A DNA stretch of 64,000 nt from an uncultured Anaerolineales bacterium (GCA_964481465.1 CAYZTL010000016.1:13553-77552); one strand, 5' to 3'; positions 24,479 through 34,482 are shown, numbered from the stretch's first letter. A program made the numbers and translations. The notes: generated from the letters alone by a model not told the origin.

Positions 24479-26191
24479 TTACGACTTTTTTCTTTTCCGC
24501 TCTTGTTCCTGCCTTTTCTCGATTTTCGCCCAGGTGTCATAAAGAGCGATGGTCTGGTTGAAGACCAGCTTCTTTTCTGTAGAATCCGGGTCGACGCAGA
24601 AATAACCTTCTCGCTCAAATTGGTAGCGGTCCCTAGGCTGGGCCCCTTCCACGCTGGGTTCAACCTTGACATGGGGCAATACCTGCAGGGAGTCGGGGTT
24701 GATGCTGTCCGTGAAATGGCCCCCTTCCTCAACCTCCAGTGGGAAGGGATCAGAGAACAGGCGGTCGTAAACCCTGACCTCCACATCCAGCGCATGAGGG
24801 ATCGAGACCCAGTGCAGCGTCCCCTTCACCTTCCGCCCGTCCGGCGCCGCCCCTCCCCGGGTTTCGGGGTCGATGGTGCAGCGTAGCTCCACCACCTCCC
24901 CTTCTTCATTTTTGGTCACCTCCTGGCAGGTCATGAAGTACGCATAGCGCAGCCGGACCTCTTTCCCCGGAGAAAGGCGCCAGAACCCCTTGGGGGGATC
25001 CTCGCGGAAGTCATCCCGGTCGATGTAAATTTCCCTCGAGAAGGGGACCTCCCTCGTCCCGAAACTCTCGTCTCCCGGATGGTTGGGGAACTCCATCATC
25101 TCCACCTTGTCCTCCGGGTAGTTGGTGATGACGACTTTGAGGGGATGCAAGACGCCGTTCACCCTCGGCGTCCGGGCGTTGAGGTCATCGCGGATAAAAT
25201 GGTCAAATTTGGACTGCTGAATGGTGCTTTCCGTCTTGGCCACTCCGACATGCTCAATGAAATTGCGGATCGCCTCCGGGGTGATGCCCCGTCTGCGCAT
25301 CCCGGAGAGGGTGGGCATGCGGGGATCGTCCCAGCCATCCACATACCCTTCTTCCACCAGCTGAATCAACCTGCGCTTACTCATCACGGTATAAGTGATG
25401 TTCAGAGGTGCAAATTCAATTTGCCTGGGATGGTAGATATCCAAAGCGTCCAGAAACCAATTGTAGAGGGGGCGATTGTTCTTGAATTCCAGGGTGCACA
25501 AGGAGTGGGTGATGCGCTCAATGGAGTCCGATTGGCCGTGGGCCCAGTCATAGGTAGGATAGATGCACCACTCATCCCCCGTACGGTGGTGCGTTTCATG
25601 GAGGATGCGGTACATCACCGGATCGCGGAGGTTGATGTTTGGGGAGGACATATCGATCTTGGCCCGCAGCACCCTTGCAGCTTCTTCAAACTCTCCCACC
25701 CGCATGCGTTGGAAGAGATCCAGGTTTTCCTCCACCGACCGATCCCGGTAGGGGCTTTCCTGCCCTGGCTCGGTGAGCGTGCCCCGGTATTCACGAATTT
25801 CCTCGGGAGATAAATCGTCCACATAGGCTTTGCCGTCTTTGATGAGCTGGACGGCCCATTTGTAAAGTTGTTCGTAATAATCCGAGGCGTAAAACAAGCG
25901 GTCTTCCCAATCGTACCCCAACCAGCGGATGTCTTCGATCATGGCCTCGACGAATTCCTCCTCCTCTTTGGTCGGATTGGTGTCGTCAAAGCGCAGATTG
26001 CATTTGCCGTCATACTGTTCGGCGATCCCAAAATTCAAGACGATGGATTTGGCATGACCGATGTGTAGATATCCGTTAGGCTCGGGAGGAAAACGGGTGT
26101 GCACCCGCCCGTCATATGTCCCTTCCTCGAGGTCTTTTTCTATGATGTCGCGAATGAAATCGGACAACTCGTTCTCGTTATTCGTCATCAT
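24479..26191 (-). CDS. glnS: Glutaminyl-tRNA synthetase
   Basis: [17 protein letters not shown] (HIGH), VMSKRRL (KMSKS), and a GlnRS-type C-terminal anticodon-binding region. I prefer the ATG at 26191 (AAGGAG then 5 nt) over the GTG at 26197. Confidence 0.93.
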   Translation of the reverse strand: MMTNNENELSDFIRDIIEKDLEEGTYDGRVHTRFPPEPNGYLHIGHAKSIVLNFGIAEQYDGKCNLRFDDTNPTKEEEEFVEAMIEDIRWLGYDWEDRLFYASDYYEQLYKWAVQLIKDGKAYVDDLSPEEIREYRGTLTEPGQESPYRDRSVEENLDLFQRMRVGEFEEAARVLRAKIDMSSPNINLRDPVMYRILHETHHRTGDEWCIYPTYDWAHGQSDSIERITHSLCTLEFKNNRPLYNWFLDALDIYHPRQIEFAPLNITYTVMSKRRLIQLVEEGYVDGWDDPRMPTLSGMRRRGITPEAIRNFIEHVGVAKTESTIQQSKFDHFIRDDLNARTPRVNGVLHPLKVVITNYPEDKVEMMEFPNHPGDESFGTREVPFSREIYIDRDDFREDPPKGFWRLSPGKEVRLRYAYFMTCQEVTKNEEGEVVELRCTIDPETRGGAAPDGRKVKGTLHWVSIPHALDVEVRVYDRLFSDPFPLEVEEGGHFTDSINPDSLQVLPHVKVEPSVEGAQPRDRYQFEREGYFCVDPDSTEKKLVFNQTIALYDTWAKIEKRQEQERKRKKS

Positions 26192-26385
26192 GCTCACTCC
26201 TTGACATACCTGGGGAATCTTTCATCCCTGATGTGGATCACGGCCTTCACCAAATTTTAGCACACTCTTTACGATCCGATAACAAGAACCGGAATGGTAA
26301 GTGAACCCAGCTTACGGATCGATCTATCCTGAAGGGACAGCGCCGGACCCAACGCACTCTCCCACTCCGGAAAGGGAGTCGTAGT

Positions 26386-26414
26386 TTGACGAACCCGATG
26401 GGAAGTGATAAAAT
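26386..26414 (+). promoter_or_regulatory. tRNA-Gln promoter: TTGACG, 17-nt spacer, TAAAAT
   Basis: Hexamers at 26386-26391 and 26409-26414. The mature tRNA 5' end lies 13 nt after the -10 element. Confidence 0.65.
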
Positions 26415-26426
26415 ACCCATCGTTGA

Positions 26427-26497
26427 TGGGGGCTCGTCTAATGGCAAGACAGCGGTCTCTGGAACCGTAAATCGGGGTTCGAATCCCTGGCCCCCAG
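26427..26497 (+). tRNA. tRNA-Gln (anticodon CUG)
   Basis: Hand-folded cloverleaf. Acceptor TGGGGGC/GCCCCCA with U1:A72 and discriminator G73. D stem GTCT/AGAC. Anticodon stem GCGGT/ACCGT with loop CTCTGGA. T arm CGGGG-TTCGAAT-CCCTG. No encoded CCA. Confidence 0.9.
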
Positions 26498-26507
26498 CTG
26501 ATAACCT

Positions 26508-26535
26508 CGATGTTCCCCCATCGGGGTGTTTTTTT
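26508..26535 (+). terminator. Putative terminator after tRNA-Gln
   Basis: CGATG-ttcccc-CATCG (alternatively CCCC-atc-GGGG), followed by GGGTG and TTTTTTT. Confidence 0.5.
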
Positions 26536-26603
26536 CGCAACCCCCTTGATATATAGTACAATCCAGAAAGCAAATCCAATTTTTCGTTCACAGGAGTAAT
26601 GAT

Positions 26604-27368
26604 ATGGCGGATGTGATTGATTACACGATTCACGGCGACGATCTCCAGATGGTGGAAATTGAGCTTGATCCCCAAGAAGGCGTACGCGGCGAGGTGGGGA
26701 CCATGCTCTATATGGACAAGGGCGTCAAGATGCAAACCGGCACGGGTGGCGGCCTCTTCAAAGGTGTGAAGCGGGTCTTCGCCGGAGAGAGCTTCTTCAT
26801 CACCACCTTCCTGAACGAGGGAACGGAGAAAAAAAGCGTCGCCTTTGCAGCTCCCTTCCCCGGAAAAGTAATCCCCCTGGACTTGGAGAATCTGGGCGGT
26901 TCCTTCATCTGCCAGCGGGATTCTTTCTTATGCGCAGCCAGGGGAACGGAAATCGAAGTCACCTTCAGCAAAAAACTGGGGGCGGGATTATTTGGCGGCG
27001 AAGGCTTCATCCTCCAAAAGCTGGTTGGGGACGGGCTGACCTTCGTCCACGCCGGAGGCACGGTGATCGAAAAAACCCTCCAGGCGGGGCAAACCCTCAA
27101 AGTGGATACGGGCTGCCTGGTCGCTTTTGCCCCCAGCGTAGACTATGACATCGAATTCGTGGGCGGGTTCACCAATGCCCTTTTCGGCGGTGAAGGGATC
27201 TTCCTCGCCAAACTTACCGGACCCGGCAAAGTTTATCTGCAAAGCTTGCCCCTATCCCGCTTAGCGGACCGCATCGCGGTCGCCGCTCGTTCCGGCAACC
27301 AGGGAGAGAGAAAAGGCGCATCCGGTTTGGGAGGGGAGATTTTTGGGGATATCATCAGCGGCTTGTAA
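26604..27368 (+). CDS. AIM24 / TIGR00266 (DUF124) family protein
   Basis: MADVIDYTIHGDDLQMVEIELDPQEGVRGEVGTMLYMD... and GGEGFILQKLVGDGLTFVHAGG are typical of the family. AGGAG RBS. Confidence 0.8.
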   Translation: MADVIDYTIHGDDLQMVEIELDPQEGVRGEVGTMLYMDKGVKMQTGTGGGLFKGVKRVFAGESFFITTFLNEGTEKKSVAFAAPFPGKVIPLDLENLGGSFICQRDSFLCAARGTEIEVTFSKKLGAGLFGGEGFILQKLVGDGLTFVHAGGTVIEKTLQAGQTLKVDTGCLVAFAPSVDYDIEFVGGFTNALFGGEGIFLAKLTGPGKVYLQSLPLSRLADRIAVAARSGNQGERKGASGLGGEIFGDIISGL

Positions 27369-27410
27369 ACTGCTTGATATTGAAAAGGATCCTTACTTAA
27401 GGAAGGCACC

Positions 27411-27791
27411 ATGGGAACGCCAGATAAGCGACCCATCCCTGAACTGAAATGGATCGGGTTGATTTTGGGTACACTAGCGAGTTTGTTTTGGTTCTTGATA
27501 TTGGTCCTTCGTGCGGTTGAGGACATCGCCAAGAGTACCCCCCCTCCCCCAATGGAAGGGGTTCTGCTTTCCCTCTTCATCCTCCTCGCCTGTGCCAGTG
27601 TGGGTATCAGTTGGAAATATATCCAAATAGGCGGCATATTGACGGCGATCAGCGGCATTGCCTTAGCCATCTTCGCGGTGTTCACCGCAGGCCACAATCG
27701 TCTCATCGCCGCCTTGATCAGTGGATTCCCCTTCCTGCTGGCGGGGCTCTTTATCAACCTTTCTATTTGGTTAAAAAAAGGTCAGGGGTAA
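27411..27791 (+). CDS. Small membrane protein (~4 TM), unknown function
   Basis: 126-aa ORF with four hydrophobic segments. No motif recognised. Confidence 0.6.
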   Translation: MGTPDKRPIPELKWIGLILGTLASLFWFLILVLRAVEDIAKSTPPPPMEGVLLSLFILLACASVGISWKYIQIGGILTAISGIALAIFAVFTAGHNRLIAALISGFPFLLAGLFINLSIWLKKGQG

Positions 27792-27797
27792 GGAGGG

Positions 27798-29273
27798 TTA
27801 CTCTTGCCCTTTGGCTGATTCCCAGAGGTCATCCAGCTCCCGCAGGGTCAATTCCGATAATTCCCGCCCTTGGTCCTGAACGACTTTTTCCAGATAAGAA
27901 AATCGCTGTTTGAAACGCTGGTTCGCCTCCCGGAGGGCGCTTTCCGCATCCACTTCATGCCATCTGCAGAGATTCACGACAGCAAACAACAGGTCCCCCA
28001 ATTCCGCCTGACAGGATTGGGGGTCTTTCACCTGGCGAAGCTCCTCCAATTCTTCCCGGATTTTCGCCAACACCCCACTCAAATCAGGCCAATCAAAGCC
28101 CACCCGTGCGGCCCGCTTTTGGAATATTTGCGCTTTGGAGAGGGAGGGCAGGGCGGGGGCGACGCCGTCCAGCAGCCCCTCCTCCACATTCCCTTCACTA
28201 CGGCGCTCTTGCGCTTTTAGGCGTTCCCAATTTTGAAGTACCTCCCCCGTCTCTTCCAAATCCAGATCTTCAAAGACATGGGGGTGGCGGTTGACGATCT
28301 TGGTGTGGATCCCTTTCAACACGGTGGCCATGCTGAATTCGCCGTATTCGCTGGCTACTTGGGCGTGGAGAACAATCTGCAGCAGCAAATCGCCCAGCTC
28401 CTCTTCCATGGCTTCGGGGTTGCCTTCATCGATGGCGGTGAGGGTTTCGTAGGCTTCCTCCAACAAATGCGGACGCAGGGATTGGTGATCCTGTTCTTTG
28501 TCCCAGGGACATCCATCAGGAGCCCGGAGATGGGCGACGATCTCCTGAAAACCTTCAAATGATGTCCCTTTACCCAGGGCAGGGACATACAAAGAGGTCA
28601 TCAACCCGACATGCTCACTGCGATCCACCTGGTAAAGGGGGAGATACTCCACTTTCTCCGAACTTGTCCCAGCCCCATGCACCAGGTGCACCGGATGTTC
28701 ATCCGGATACACTGCCATCAAGGTCAATTTGACATTGGAGGCTGCCAGAGAAGAATGCACCTGAGCGATTAAGGCCGGGGCATCTGGGGGAAAGGGAGGG
28801 TGATGCATGCGGGCCAGCTCCAGGGCGTCCACAAGGGCCGTGTGGGGCAAAGGATCCACACCCAAGGCTGAAAAAGTAGGTTCGATGTAGCTTATACCCG
28901 GCACCACCCGATAGGGGATGCCCCGAGATTCGGCTTCTTTTATGATGGCAGGCGTGGTCGCCTCAGCGACGAACGGATCACCCGGCATACCGTAAATCAC
29001 CCCTTCCGGACGTTCGCTCAACGCCAGAACCCGTTCCACAATCCTCTCATACACGTCCGCAAAGGACTCCCCATCCTCATAAAACCTGTCAAAGGAATGG
29101 ACTTGAAGGGAAGGAGGAAACCCTGCAACCGTGGGATGCTTCCGCGTGCGGAGATAAATTTCGGAAGCGTTTGAAAGAACCTCCCACGCTTCCCGGGTCA
29201 ATAATTGAGCCTTCCCGGGACCGAGCCCGAGAAGGATGATCTTCTCTTTGGAATCTGCCTTCGTATTCATCAT
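27798..29273 (-). CDS. mazG: MazG nucleoside-triphosphate pyrophosphohydrolase fused to an N-terminal tetrapyrrole-methylase-like domain (YabN type)
   Basis: KIILLGLGPG... is the methylase-like fold. Tandem MazG EExxE/ELGDLL motifs (LLEEAYETLTAI...ELGDLLLQIV and EELEELRQ...ELGDLLFAVVNL). The start at MMNTK (29273) is preferred over the track start at 29327. Confidence 0.85.
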   Translation of the reverse strand: MMNTKADSKEKIILLGLGPGKAQLLTREAWEVLSNASEIYLRTRKHPTVAGFPPSLQVHSFDRFYEDGESFADVYERIVERVLALSERPEGVIYGMPGDPFVAEATTPAIIKEAESRGIPYRVVPGISYIEPTFSALGVDPLPHTALVDALELARMHHPPFPPDAPALIAQVHSSLAASNVKLTLMAVYPDEHPVHLVHGAGTSSEKVEYLPLYQVDRSEHVGLMTSLYVPALGKGTSFEGFQEIVAHLRAPDGCPWDKEQDHQSLRPHLLEEAYETLTAIDEGNPEAMEEELGDLLLQIVLHAQVASEYGEFSMATVLKGIHTKIVNRHPHVFEDLDLEETGEVLQNWERLKAQERRSEGNVEEGLLDGVAPALPSLSKAQIFQKRAARVGFDWPDLSGVLAKIREELEELRQVKDPQSCQAELGDLLFAVVNLCRWHEVDAESALREANQRFKQRFSYLEKVVQDQGRELSELTLRELDDLWESAKGQE

Positions 29274-29381
29274 CTGGAAAACAAAAGCGCGAAGAACACA
29301 TGAAAGCCAGAGGTGTCTTCGCGCCAACAGGTACGATGTAACGTCGAATTCCCTGGAAAGTGAGCCAGGGTTTCGATGAAA

Positions 29382-29774
29382 TTACCGTTTGGTATAAGTT
29401 GGTGCCTTGCGTGCGCCTTTGAGCCCCGGTTTCTTGCGCTCCTTGACGCGTGCATCTCGAGTCAGGTGACCTCCCTGGCTGAGCGTGGTGCGCAAATCAG
29501 GATCCATCTCCAGCAAAGCGCGCGCTAATCCCAAACTCACAGAATCCCGCTGCCCGGTAGTGCCGCCGCCTTCTACATACACGCTGATATCAAAATCAGC
29601 ACGGTTGTAAGGAACGGCATCCAGGGGATCCATGATCGCATCGAGATCACCAATCCGAGTGAAGTATTCATTTACATCTCGATCATTGACCAGGAACTCC
29701 CCAGAACCGGTCTGAATTCGAACCCGCGCTGTGGCTTCCTTTCGGCGGCCAATGCCTTCAAAATATTCTGCCAT
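29382..29774 (-). CDS. rpsI: Ribosomal protein S9
   Basis: MAEYFEGIGRRKEATARVRI...; ends ...KKPGLKGARKAPTYTKR. The ATG at 29774 has a GGAAGGAG RBS. Confidence 0.95.
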   Translation of the reverse strand: MAEYFEGIGRRKEATARVRIQTGSGEFLVNDRDVNEYFTRIGDLDAIMDPLDAVPYNRADFDISVYVEGGGTTGQRDSVSLGLARALLEMDPDLRTTLSQGGHLTRDARVKERKKPGLKGARKAPTYTKR

Positions 29775-29847
29775 ACGTTCTCCTTCCTGCACTTCAAACT
29801 TGAGATCGCTCTCAGTGTCGATCTCACGAAATCATTCTGCTCAACCT

Positions 29848-30297
29848 TTATGAGGGGAGGACCTCATCCATAGGTTTTGGCTGCTGCGCCTGATGGGGAT
29901 GATCAGGCCCAGCATACACCTTTAACTTCTTCCTCAGTTTCTTTCCAAAGCGGTTATGCGGCAGCATGCCATACACCGCATGTTCAATGACGCGTTCCGG
30001 GTTCTTTTTCAACTGATCCCGGAGCGTGATTTGCTTTAACCCGCTCTGATAACCGGATTCCCGATAATACATCTTCTCGTCCAGTTTTTTCCCCGTGACC
30101 TCTACACCTTCGGCATTGACGACGACCACATAATCGCCGACATCGACGCCGGGCGTGAACTGGGGTTTATGCTTGCCAAGGATGAGGGTGGCGATTTGCG
30201 TCGCCAATCGGCCCAGGTTTTCACCGTCTGCATCGACCAAAACCCAATCCCTGGAAACGTCCTCCGCATTCGGATAATATGTTTTCCTCACAATCAT
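29848..30297 (-). CDS. rplM: Ribosomal protein L13
   Basis: ...[48 protein letters not shown].... Start taken at MIVRKTYY. Confidence 0.95.
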   Translation of the reverse strand: MIVRKTYYPNAEDVSRDWVLVDADGENLGRLATQIATLILGKHKPQFTPGVDVGDYVVVVNAEGVEVTGKKLDEKMYYRESGYQSGLKQITLRDQLKKNPERVIEHAVYGMLPHNRFGKKLRKKLKVYAGPDHPHQAQQPKPMDEVLPS

Positions 30298-30361
30298 CTG
30301 CTCCCAATATTCGTAATCAACACTTTCCAAACTTCAACCCAGCACCACAGTATGGATATAT

Positions 30362-31108
30362 TCATTGACCACCATAGGCGACTTCTACTAATGTCAACCC
30401 CCGGGCAGGGGCCAGCCCTTTGGCAGGAGGCCCACCCGGGTGATCCAGATAGTGACCCACCTGCTTGACTGGCTTTCGGCCCTGGCCGATCTCCACCAGC
30501 AAGATCACGATGTGGCGGACCATGTGGTACAGAAACGCGTTACCCACAATTTGGAAGATATACCGATCATTCTCCTTCCGCCACGCGGCTTCTCGAATTT
30601 CCCGGACCGTGCTCCCATCCTCCTGGTGAGGGCTTCCCAAGGCGGCAAAATCATGCACGCCAACCAGGGGAGAGGAAGCTTTTTGCAAGCGGCCTAAATC
30701 CACTTCCGGCCACACCTGCCATATATATCGATCTTGTAAAGGATCCCGGACCGGATCACAGCGGATCCAGTACCTGTATCGGCGGTAAAGGGCGTCGTAA
30801 CGGGGACGGAAATCCGCGCTTACCCTTTGTACCTTCCGCGCCGAAATATCTCTGGGAAGGCTGGCGTTCAACGCCCGCTGCAAATCACCCGTCGAGTGGG
30901 CCCAGTCCATGTCAAAGGCAATCACCTGTCCTGCCGCATGCACTCCGGCATCCGTCCGACCTGCAAAGAAGACCGCGTCACCCTGCCAATCGATCTCCCG
31001 GAGCGCCCCTTCCACCTCGCCTTGAACCGTCCGTAAATCGGGCTGGCGCTGTGAGCCGTGGAAGTTTGTCCCATCGTAAGCTAAGGTGATTTTGAAGCGA
31101 TCACTCAT
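30362..31108 (-). CDS. truA: tRNA pseudouridine(38-40) synthase TruA
   Basis: MSDRFKITLAYDGTNFHGSQRQ... and FFAGRTDAGVHA, which carries the catalytic Asp motif. Confidence 0.93.
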   Translation of the reverse strand: MSDRFKITLAYDGTNFHGSQRQPDLRTVQGEVEGALREIDWQGDAVFFAGRTDAGVHAAGQVIAFDMDWAHSTGDLQRALNASLPRDISARKVQRVSADFRPRYDALYRRYRYWIRCDPVRDPLQDRYIWQVWPEVDLGRLQKASSPLVGVHDFAALGSPHQEDGSTVREIREAAWRKENDRYIFQIVGNAFLYHMVRHIVILLVEIGQGRKPVKQVGHYLDHPGGPPAKGLAPARGLTLVEVAYGGQ

Positions 31109-31129
31109 CCACGCCTGCCAGAAACTGAG

Positions 31130-31510
31130 CTATTCTTCCACCAGCTCCAAGATGACCATCTCCGCAGCGTCACTCGTCCTGGGCGGCAGCTTGAACATGC
31201 GCGTATAACCGCCAGGGCGTTCCATATAACGCGGGGCGATATCATCGAACAACTTCTTGACGATCTCCTTGTTATTCCCCAAACGCGAGCTGGCGATCCG
31301 CCGGGCGTGCACCATTTGATCTTCGTCGGCGCCCTGAGCCCGTTTCGCCAAGGTGATCAATTTCTCAGCTGGACGGCGGATGAACTCCGCTTTCGCCCGT
31401 GTGGTGCGGATCCGCTCGTTTTCAAACAGCTGGGTGATCATCGTTCGCCGCAAAGCGCCGCGCTGGGCTGAGGTTCGATTTAATTTCTTTCCCGATACTC
31501 GATGTCGCAT
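31130..31510 (-). CDS. rplQ: Ribosomal protein L17
   Basis: MRHRVSGKKLNRTSAQRGALRR.... Follows rpoA. Confidence 0.95.
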   Translation of the reverse strand: MRHRVSGKKLNRTSAQRGALRRTMITQLFENERIRTTRAKAEFIRRPAEKLITLAKRAQGADEDQMVHARRIASSRLGNNKEIVKKLFDDIAPRYMERPGGYTRMFKLPPRTSDAAEMVILELVEE

Positions 31511-31515
31511 AATCT

Positions 31516-32481
31516 CTACTCCGACTCGTCTTCTTCTGATTCAATAAAGCCGTGGTCAGCCAACTTCTCTTTCAGTTCAGCCAAGCTCTTCACGCCGAAG
31601 TTGCGAATGGACAGCAGGGCATCGTCTCCCTTCTCATGGAGTTCTAAGACCTCTCCCACCGTGGTGATCCCGGTCCGTTTCAGGGAATTGAAGACCCGGA
31701 CGGAAAGGTCCAATTCTTCAATGGGCACTTCCACGACCTCATCTTCCGGTTCTTCCGGCTCTTCTTCCTCGACCATGGCCGCCAGGGATTCCGCGGTCAC
31801 GCCGGACAGGTGCTGCAAATGCCCCATCAGGATCTTGGCGCTGTTGCTCAGCGCCTCTTCCGGTTCGATGGTCCCATCCGTCCAGACCTCCATGGTCAAT
31901 TTGTCATAATCCGTGCTCTGCCCCACCCGCGCTGAACTGACTTCAAAATTGACCCTGCGGACGGGGTTGTAGATGGCATCCACCGGCAATTCCCCAATGG
32001 GCAAGCGGTCTTTGCGCTCTTCAGCGGGAATATATCCTCTCCCTCGACCCACGGTCATCTCAATGGTGAGGGGCGTATCCCGACCGTCCACCGTGAGGAG
32101 ATATAAGTCCGGATTGACAATTTCCACCTCCGAAGGGGCGATGATATCCGCCGCCGTGACCACACCTTCCCCCTCCACCTCCAAATGCATGCTGGCCATA
32201 TCGCCCTCATGCAGCTTCAAACGCAGCTGCTTCACGTTTAACATCAGGCGCAGGACGTCTTCCTGCACGCCCGGTATGGTGTCAAACTCATGATCAACCT
32301 CGGCAATGCGCAAGGACGTGACAGCTGCACCTTCTATGGATGACAACATCGTCCGTCGAAGCGCATTCCCCAGGGTGATCCCATACCCGCGTTCCAGAGG
32401 GTCTATTTCATATTTCCCATAAGCGCGAGCTTCTGCCACACGCTCGATCTTTGGGGTTACCATATTATTCATTCCTAACAC
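31516..32481 (-). CDS. rpoA: RNA polymerase alpha subunit
   Basis: ...PLERGYGITLGNALRRTMLSSIEGAAVT...; C-terminal domain ...LDLSVRVFNSLKRTGITTVGEV. The exact start among the GTG and ATG codons at 32463-32481 is uncertain. Confidence 0.93.
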   Translation of the reverse strand: MLGMNNMVTPKIERVAEARAYGKYEIDPLERGYGITLGNALRRTMLSSIEGAAVTSLRIAEVDHEFDTIPGVQEDVLRLMLNVKQLRLKLHEGDMASMHLEVEGEGVVTAADIIAPSEVEIVNPDLYLLTVDGRDTPLTIEMTVGRGRGYIPAEERKDRLPIGELPVDAIYNPVRRVNFEVSSARVGQSTDYDKLTMEVWTDGTIEPEEALSNSAKILMGHLQHLSGVTAESLAAMVEEEEPEEPEDEVVEVPIEELDLSVRVFNSLKRTGITTVGEVLELHEKGDDALLSIRNFGVKSLAELKEKLADHGFIESEEDESE

Positions 32482-32526
32482 GGATCACCTCACCCTATGT
32501 GTTAATCTTGACTACGCCGAAAATCG

Positions 32527-33165
32527 CTACCGGGAATAGTACTCCACGATCAACTGTTCGTTGAGATTGCCATCAATCTCCGAGCGTTCTGGCAAACGAA
32601 TCACCTTGCCTGACAGCCTGTCGAGATTCCGGTCAACCCACTCCACCGGCGTTCGGTTTTCAGCCTCCTCTTTCAAGTTTTTGAAAAAGGTCCTCTTTTT
32701 CGAACCCTCTCTCACCGCAATTTCATCCCCTGGTGACAAGATCACGGAGGGGACATTTGTCCGGCGCCCATTGACATTAAAATGCCCATGGGTCACCAAC
32801 ATGCGCGCTTGGGGGCGGCTTGCAGCGTATCCCAGACGATAAACGGCGTTATCCAGGCGGGATTCGATGATTTGCAGCAAGTTCATGCCCGTCAACCCGC
32901 GGCGTTGCTGCGCGGTTTCGTAATAACGTCTAAACTGACGCTCAGAAATGTCATACACCCTGCGCGCTTTCTGCTTTGCTCGCAGCTGACGCGAGAAATC
33001 TGATTCTCGGCTGCGACGGTATTGGGCGCTCCTGCCGTGCTGACCGGGGGGATAGCTGCGACGCTCAAAGGCACACTTCGGTGAATAGCACCGTTCTCCT
33101 TTCAAGAACAGTTTCTCTCCCTCCCGCCGGCACACTTTGCATTTCGGCCCACGATATCTAGCCAT
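32527..33165 (-). CDS. rpsD: Ribosomal protein S4
   Basis: [26 protein letters not shown].... Confidence 0.95.
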   Translation of the reverse strand: MARYRGPKCKVCRREGEKLFLKGERCYSPKCAFERRSYPPGQHGRSAQYRRSRESDFSRQLRAKQKARRVYDISERQFRRYYETAQQRRGLTGMNLLQIIESRLDNAVYRLGYAASRPQARMLVTHGHFNVNGRRTNVPSVILSPGDEIAVREGSKKRTFFKNLKEEAENRTPVEWVDRNLDRLSGKVIRLPERSEIDGNLNEQLIVEYYSR

Positions 33166-33242
33166 AAAAATTCCTCTTCCTCATTACACCTACTTGATTA
33201 TCTCTTCGTTTCACACTTCAAACCTACCCGATCCATTGCGAG

Positions 33243-33644
33243 CTATACCCTGCGCTTTTTCGGGGGGCGGCACCCATTGTGGGGCACAGATGTGACATCG
33301 GTGATCGATTTTAACTTCAACCCCATGGATTCAATGGCCCGCAAGGACGCCTCGCGGCCAGGCCCGGGACCGCGAATGAAAGCATCCGCTTCCCGTAACC
33401 CCATCCCCATGGCTTTCTTCACCGCATCTTCGGTTGCCAGCCGCGCTGCAAACGAGGTGCTGCGCCGGGATCCTTTTAACCCTACCGAACCGGGGCTGCT
33501 CCAGCAAACTGTGTTGCCCTGGTCATCGGTCACCGTGACAATCGTGTTATTAAAGGTCGCCCGGACGTGAATTTGCCCGGATGACAGGGTAATTTTCTTC
33601 CTTCCGCCACCTTTTCGGCCTGATCCTTTTGATTTTTGTGCCAT
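33243..33644 (-). CDS. rpsK: Ribosomal protein S11
   Basis: ...GQIHVRATFNNTIVTVTDDQGNTVCWSS...; ends ...HNGCRPPKKRRV. Confidence 0.95.
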   Translation of the reverse strand: MAQKSKGSGRKGGGRKKITLSSGQIHVRATFNNTIVTVTDDQGNTVCWSSPGSVGLKGSRRSTSFAARLATEDAVKKAMGMGLREADAFIRGPGPGREASLRAIESMGLKLKSITDVTSVPHNGCRPPKKRRV

Positions 33645-33713
33645 AGTACCTCTTCTACTCTGCTTATTTTCTTTTCCTCACCAACCACCGGGGGCCCGGG
33701 TCTTCTTCAGCCG

Positions 33714-33744
33714 CCGGGAGGAAAGGCTCCCTTTCCAGCCCCGG
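33714..33744 (-). other. Strong hairpin inside the 206-nt rpsM-rpsK spacer
   Basis: CCGGG-a-GGAAAGG-ctc-CCTTTCC-ag(c)-CCCGG, giving 12 bp in two stacked helices. No U-tract, so it is not an obvious terminator. Confidence 0.5.
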
Positions 33745-33850
33745 TACCCAGCCAGGCAATAGAGGATCCCATCCCCGATTCCGGGCCGGGATATGGCTTT
33801 TGACGACCAGGAAACGACCCGACCTGCAGGGTTGGGAATACTTCCCGTGA

Positions 33851-34240
33851 TTAAGTCTTCTGCATGCCGCGGCGTCGACCTCGTCCCGCAACCGTCTTCC
33901 GCGGTCCCTTCCGAGTCCGGGCATTCGTCCGCGTCCGCTGTCCTCGGACTGGCAAGCCTTTCTTGTGCCGGATGCCTCGATAGCATCCGATCTCCACCAG
34001 CCGTTTGATGTTCATTTGCACTTCACGCCGCAGGTCACCCTCCACCTTGTAATTCTGATTGATGAATTCTCGAAGGCTGGTGATATCCTTATCCGTCAGT
34101 TCATGCACCCGGGTGTCAGGATCCACACCGGTCTCCTCCAAGATATCTTGCGAACGTGACAGCCCAATGCCGTAGATATAGGTCAGCGCGACCTCAATCC
34201 GTTTATCGCGGGGTAAGTCAACACCTTGTATACGAGCCAT
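33851..34240 (-). CDS. rpsM: Ribosomal protein S13
   Basis: [26 protein letters not shown].... Confidence 0.95.
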   Translation of the reverse strand: MARIQGVDLPRDKRIEVALTYIYGIGLSRSQDILEETGVDPDTRVHELTDKDITSLREFINQNYKVEGDLRREVQMNIKRLVEIGCYRGIRHKKGLPVRGQRTRTNARTRKGPRKTVAGRGRRRGMQKT

Positions 34241-34242
34241 AA

Positions 34243-34356
34243 TTATCCTTGTCTCTGCTTATGCTTCGGGTTTTCGCAAATGACATACACTCTGCCTTTG
34301 CGCCTGACAATTTTGCACTTATCACAACGTTTCTTAACCGATGATGATACTTTCAT
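34243..34356 (-). CDS. rpmJ: Ribosomal protein L36
   Basis: Hand-translated as [37 protein letters not shown]; too short for the ORF track. Zn-binding C-x2-C...C...H form. Confidence 0.92.
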   Translation of the reverse strand: MKVSSSVKKRCDKCKIVRRKGRVYVICENPKHKQRQG

Positions 34357-34482
34357 AATGCCACTTCCCTCTGTAAATCACTGACCTTTACTCTAAAAAT
34401 CAAGCCCTAAGCCAAAAATATAATTATAGATTAATATCGATCCATAGTCTAGGGAAATGACCTTCTATTTCCCCAGACCCCT

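Noticed and set aside
26247-26735. 162-aa minus-strand ORF spanning the glnS-AIM24 intergenic region
   Set aside because: It runs straight across the tRNA-Gln gene and its promoter and into the 5' end of the AIM24-family gene. No coding signal.
33664-33986. Two overlapping minus-strand ORFs (86 and 102 aa) covering the rpsM-rpsK spacer
   Set aside because: Both initiate inside rpsM in other frames, and no ATG, GTG or TTG with an RBS lies within the spacer itself. The Arg/Gly/Pro-rich products look non-genic. The spacer is therefore treated as non-coding.
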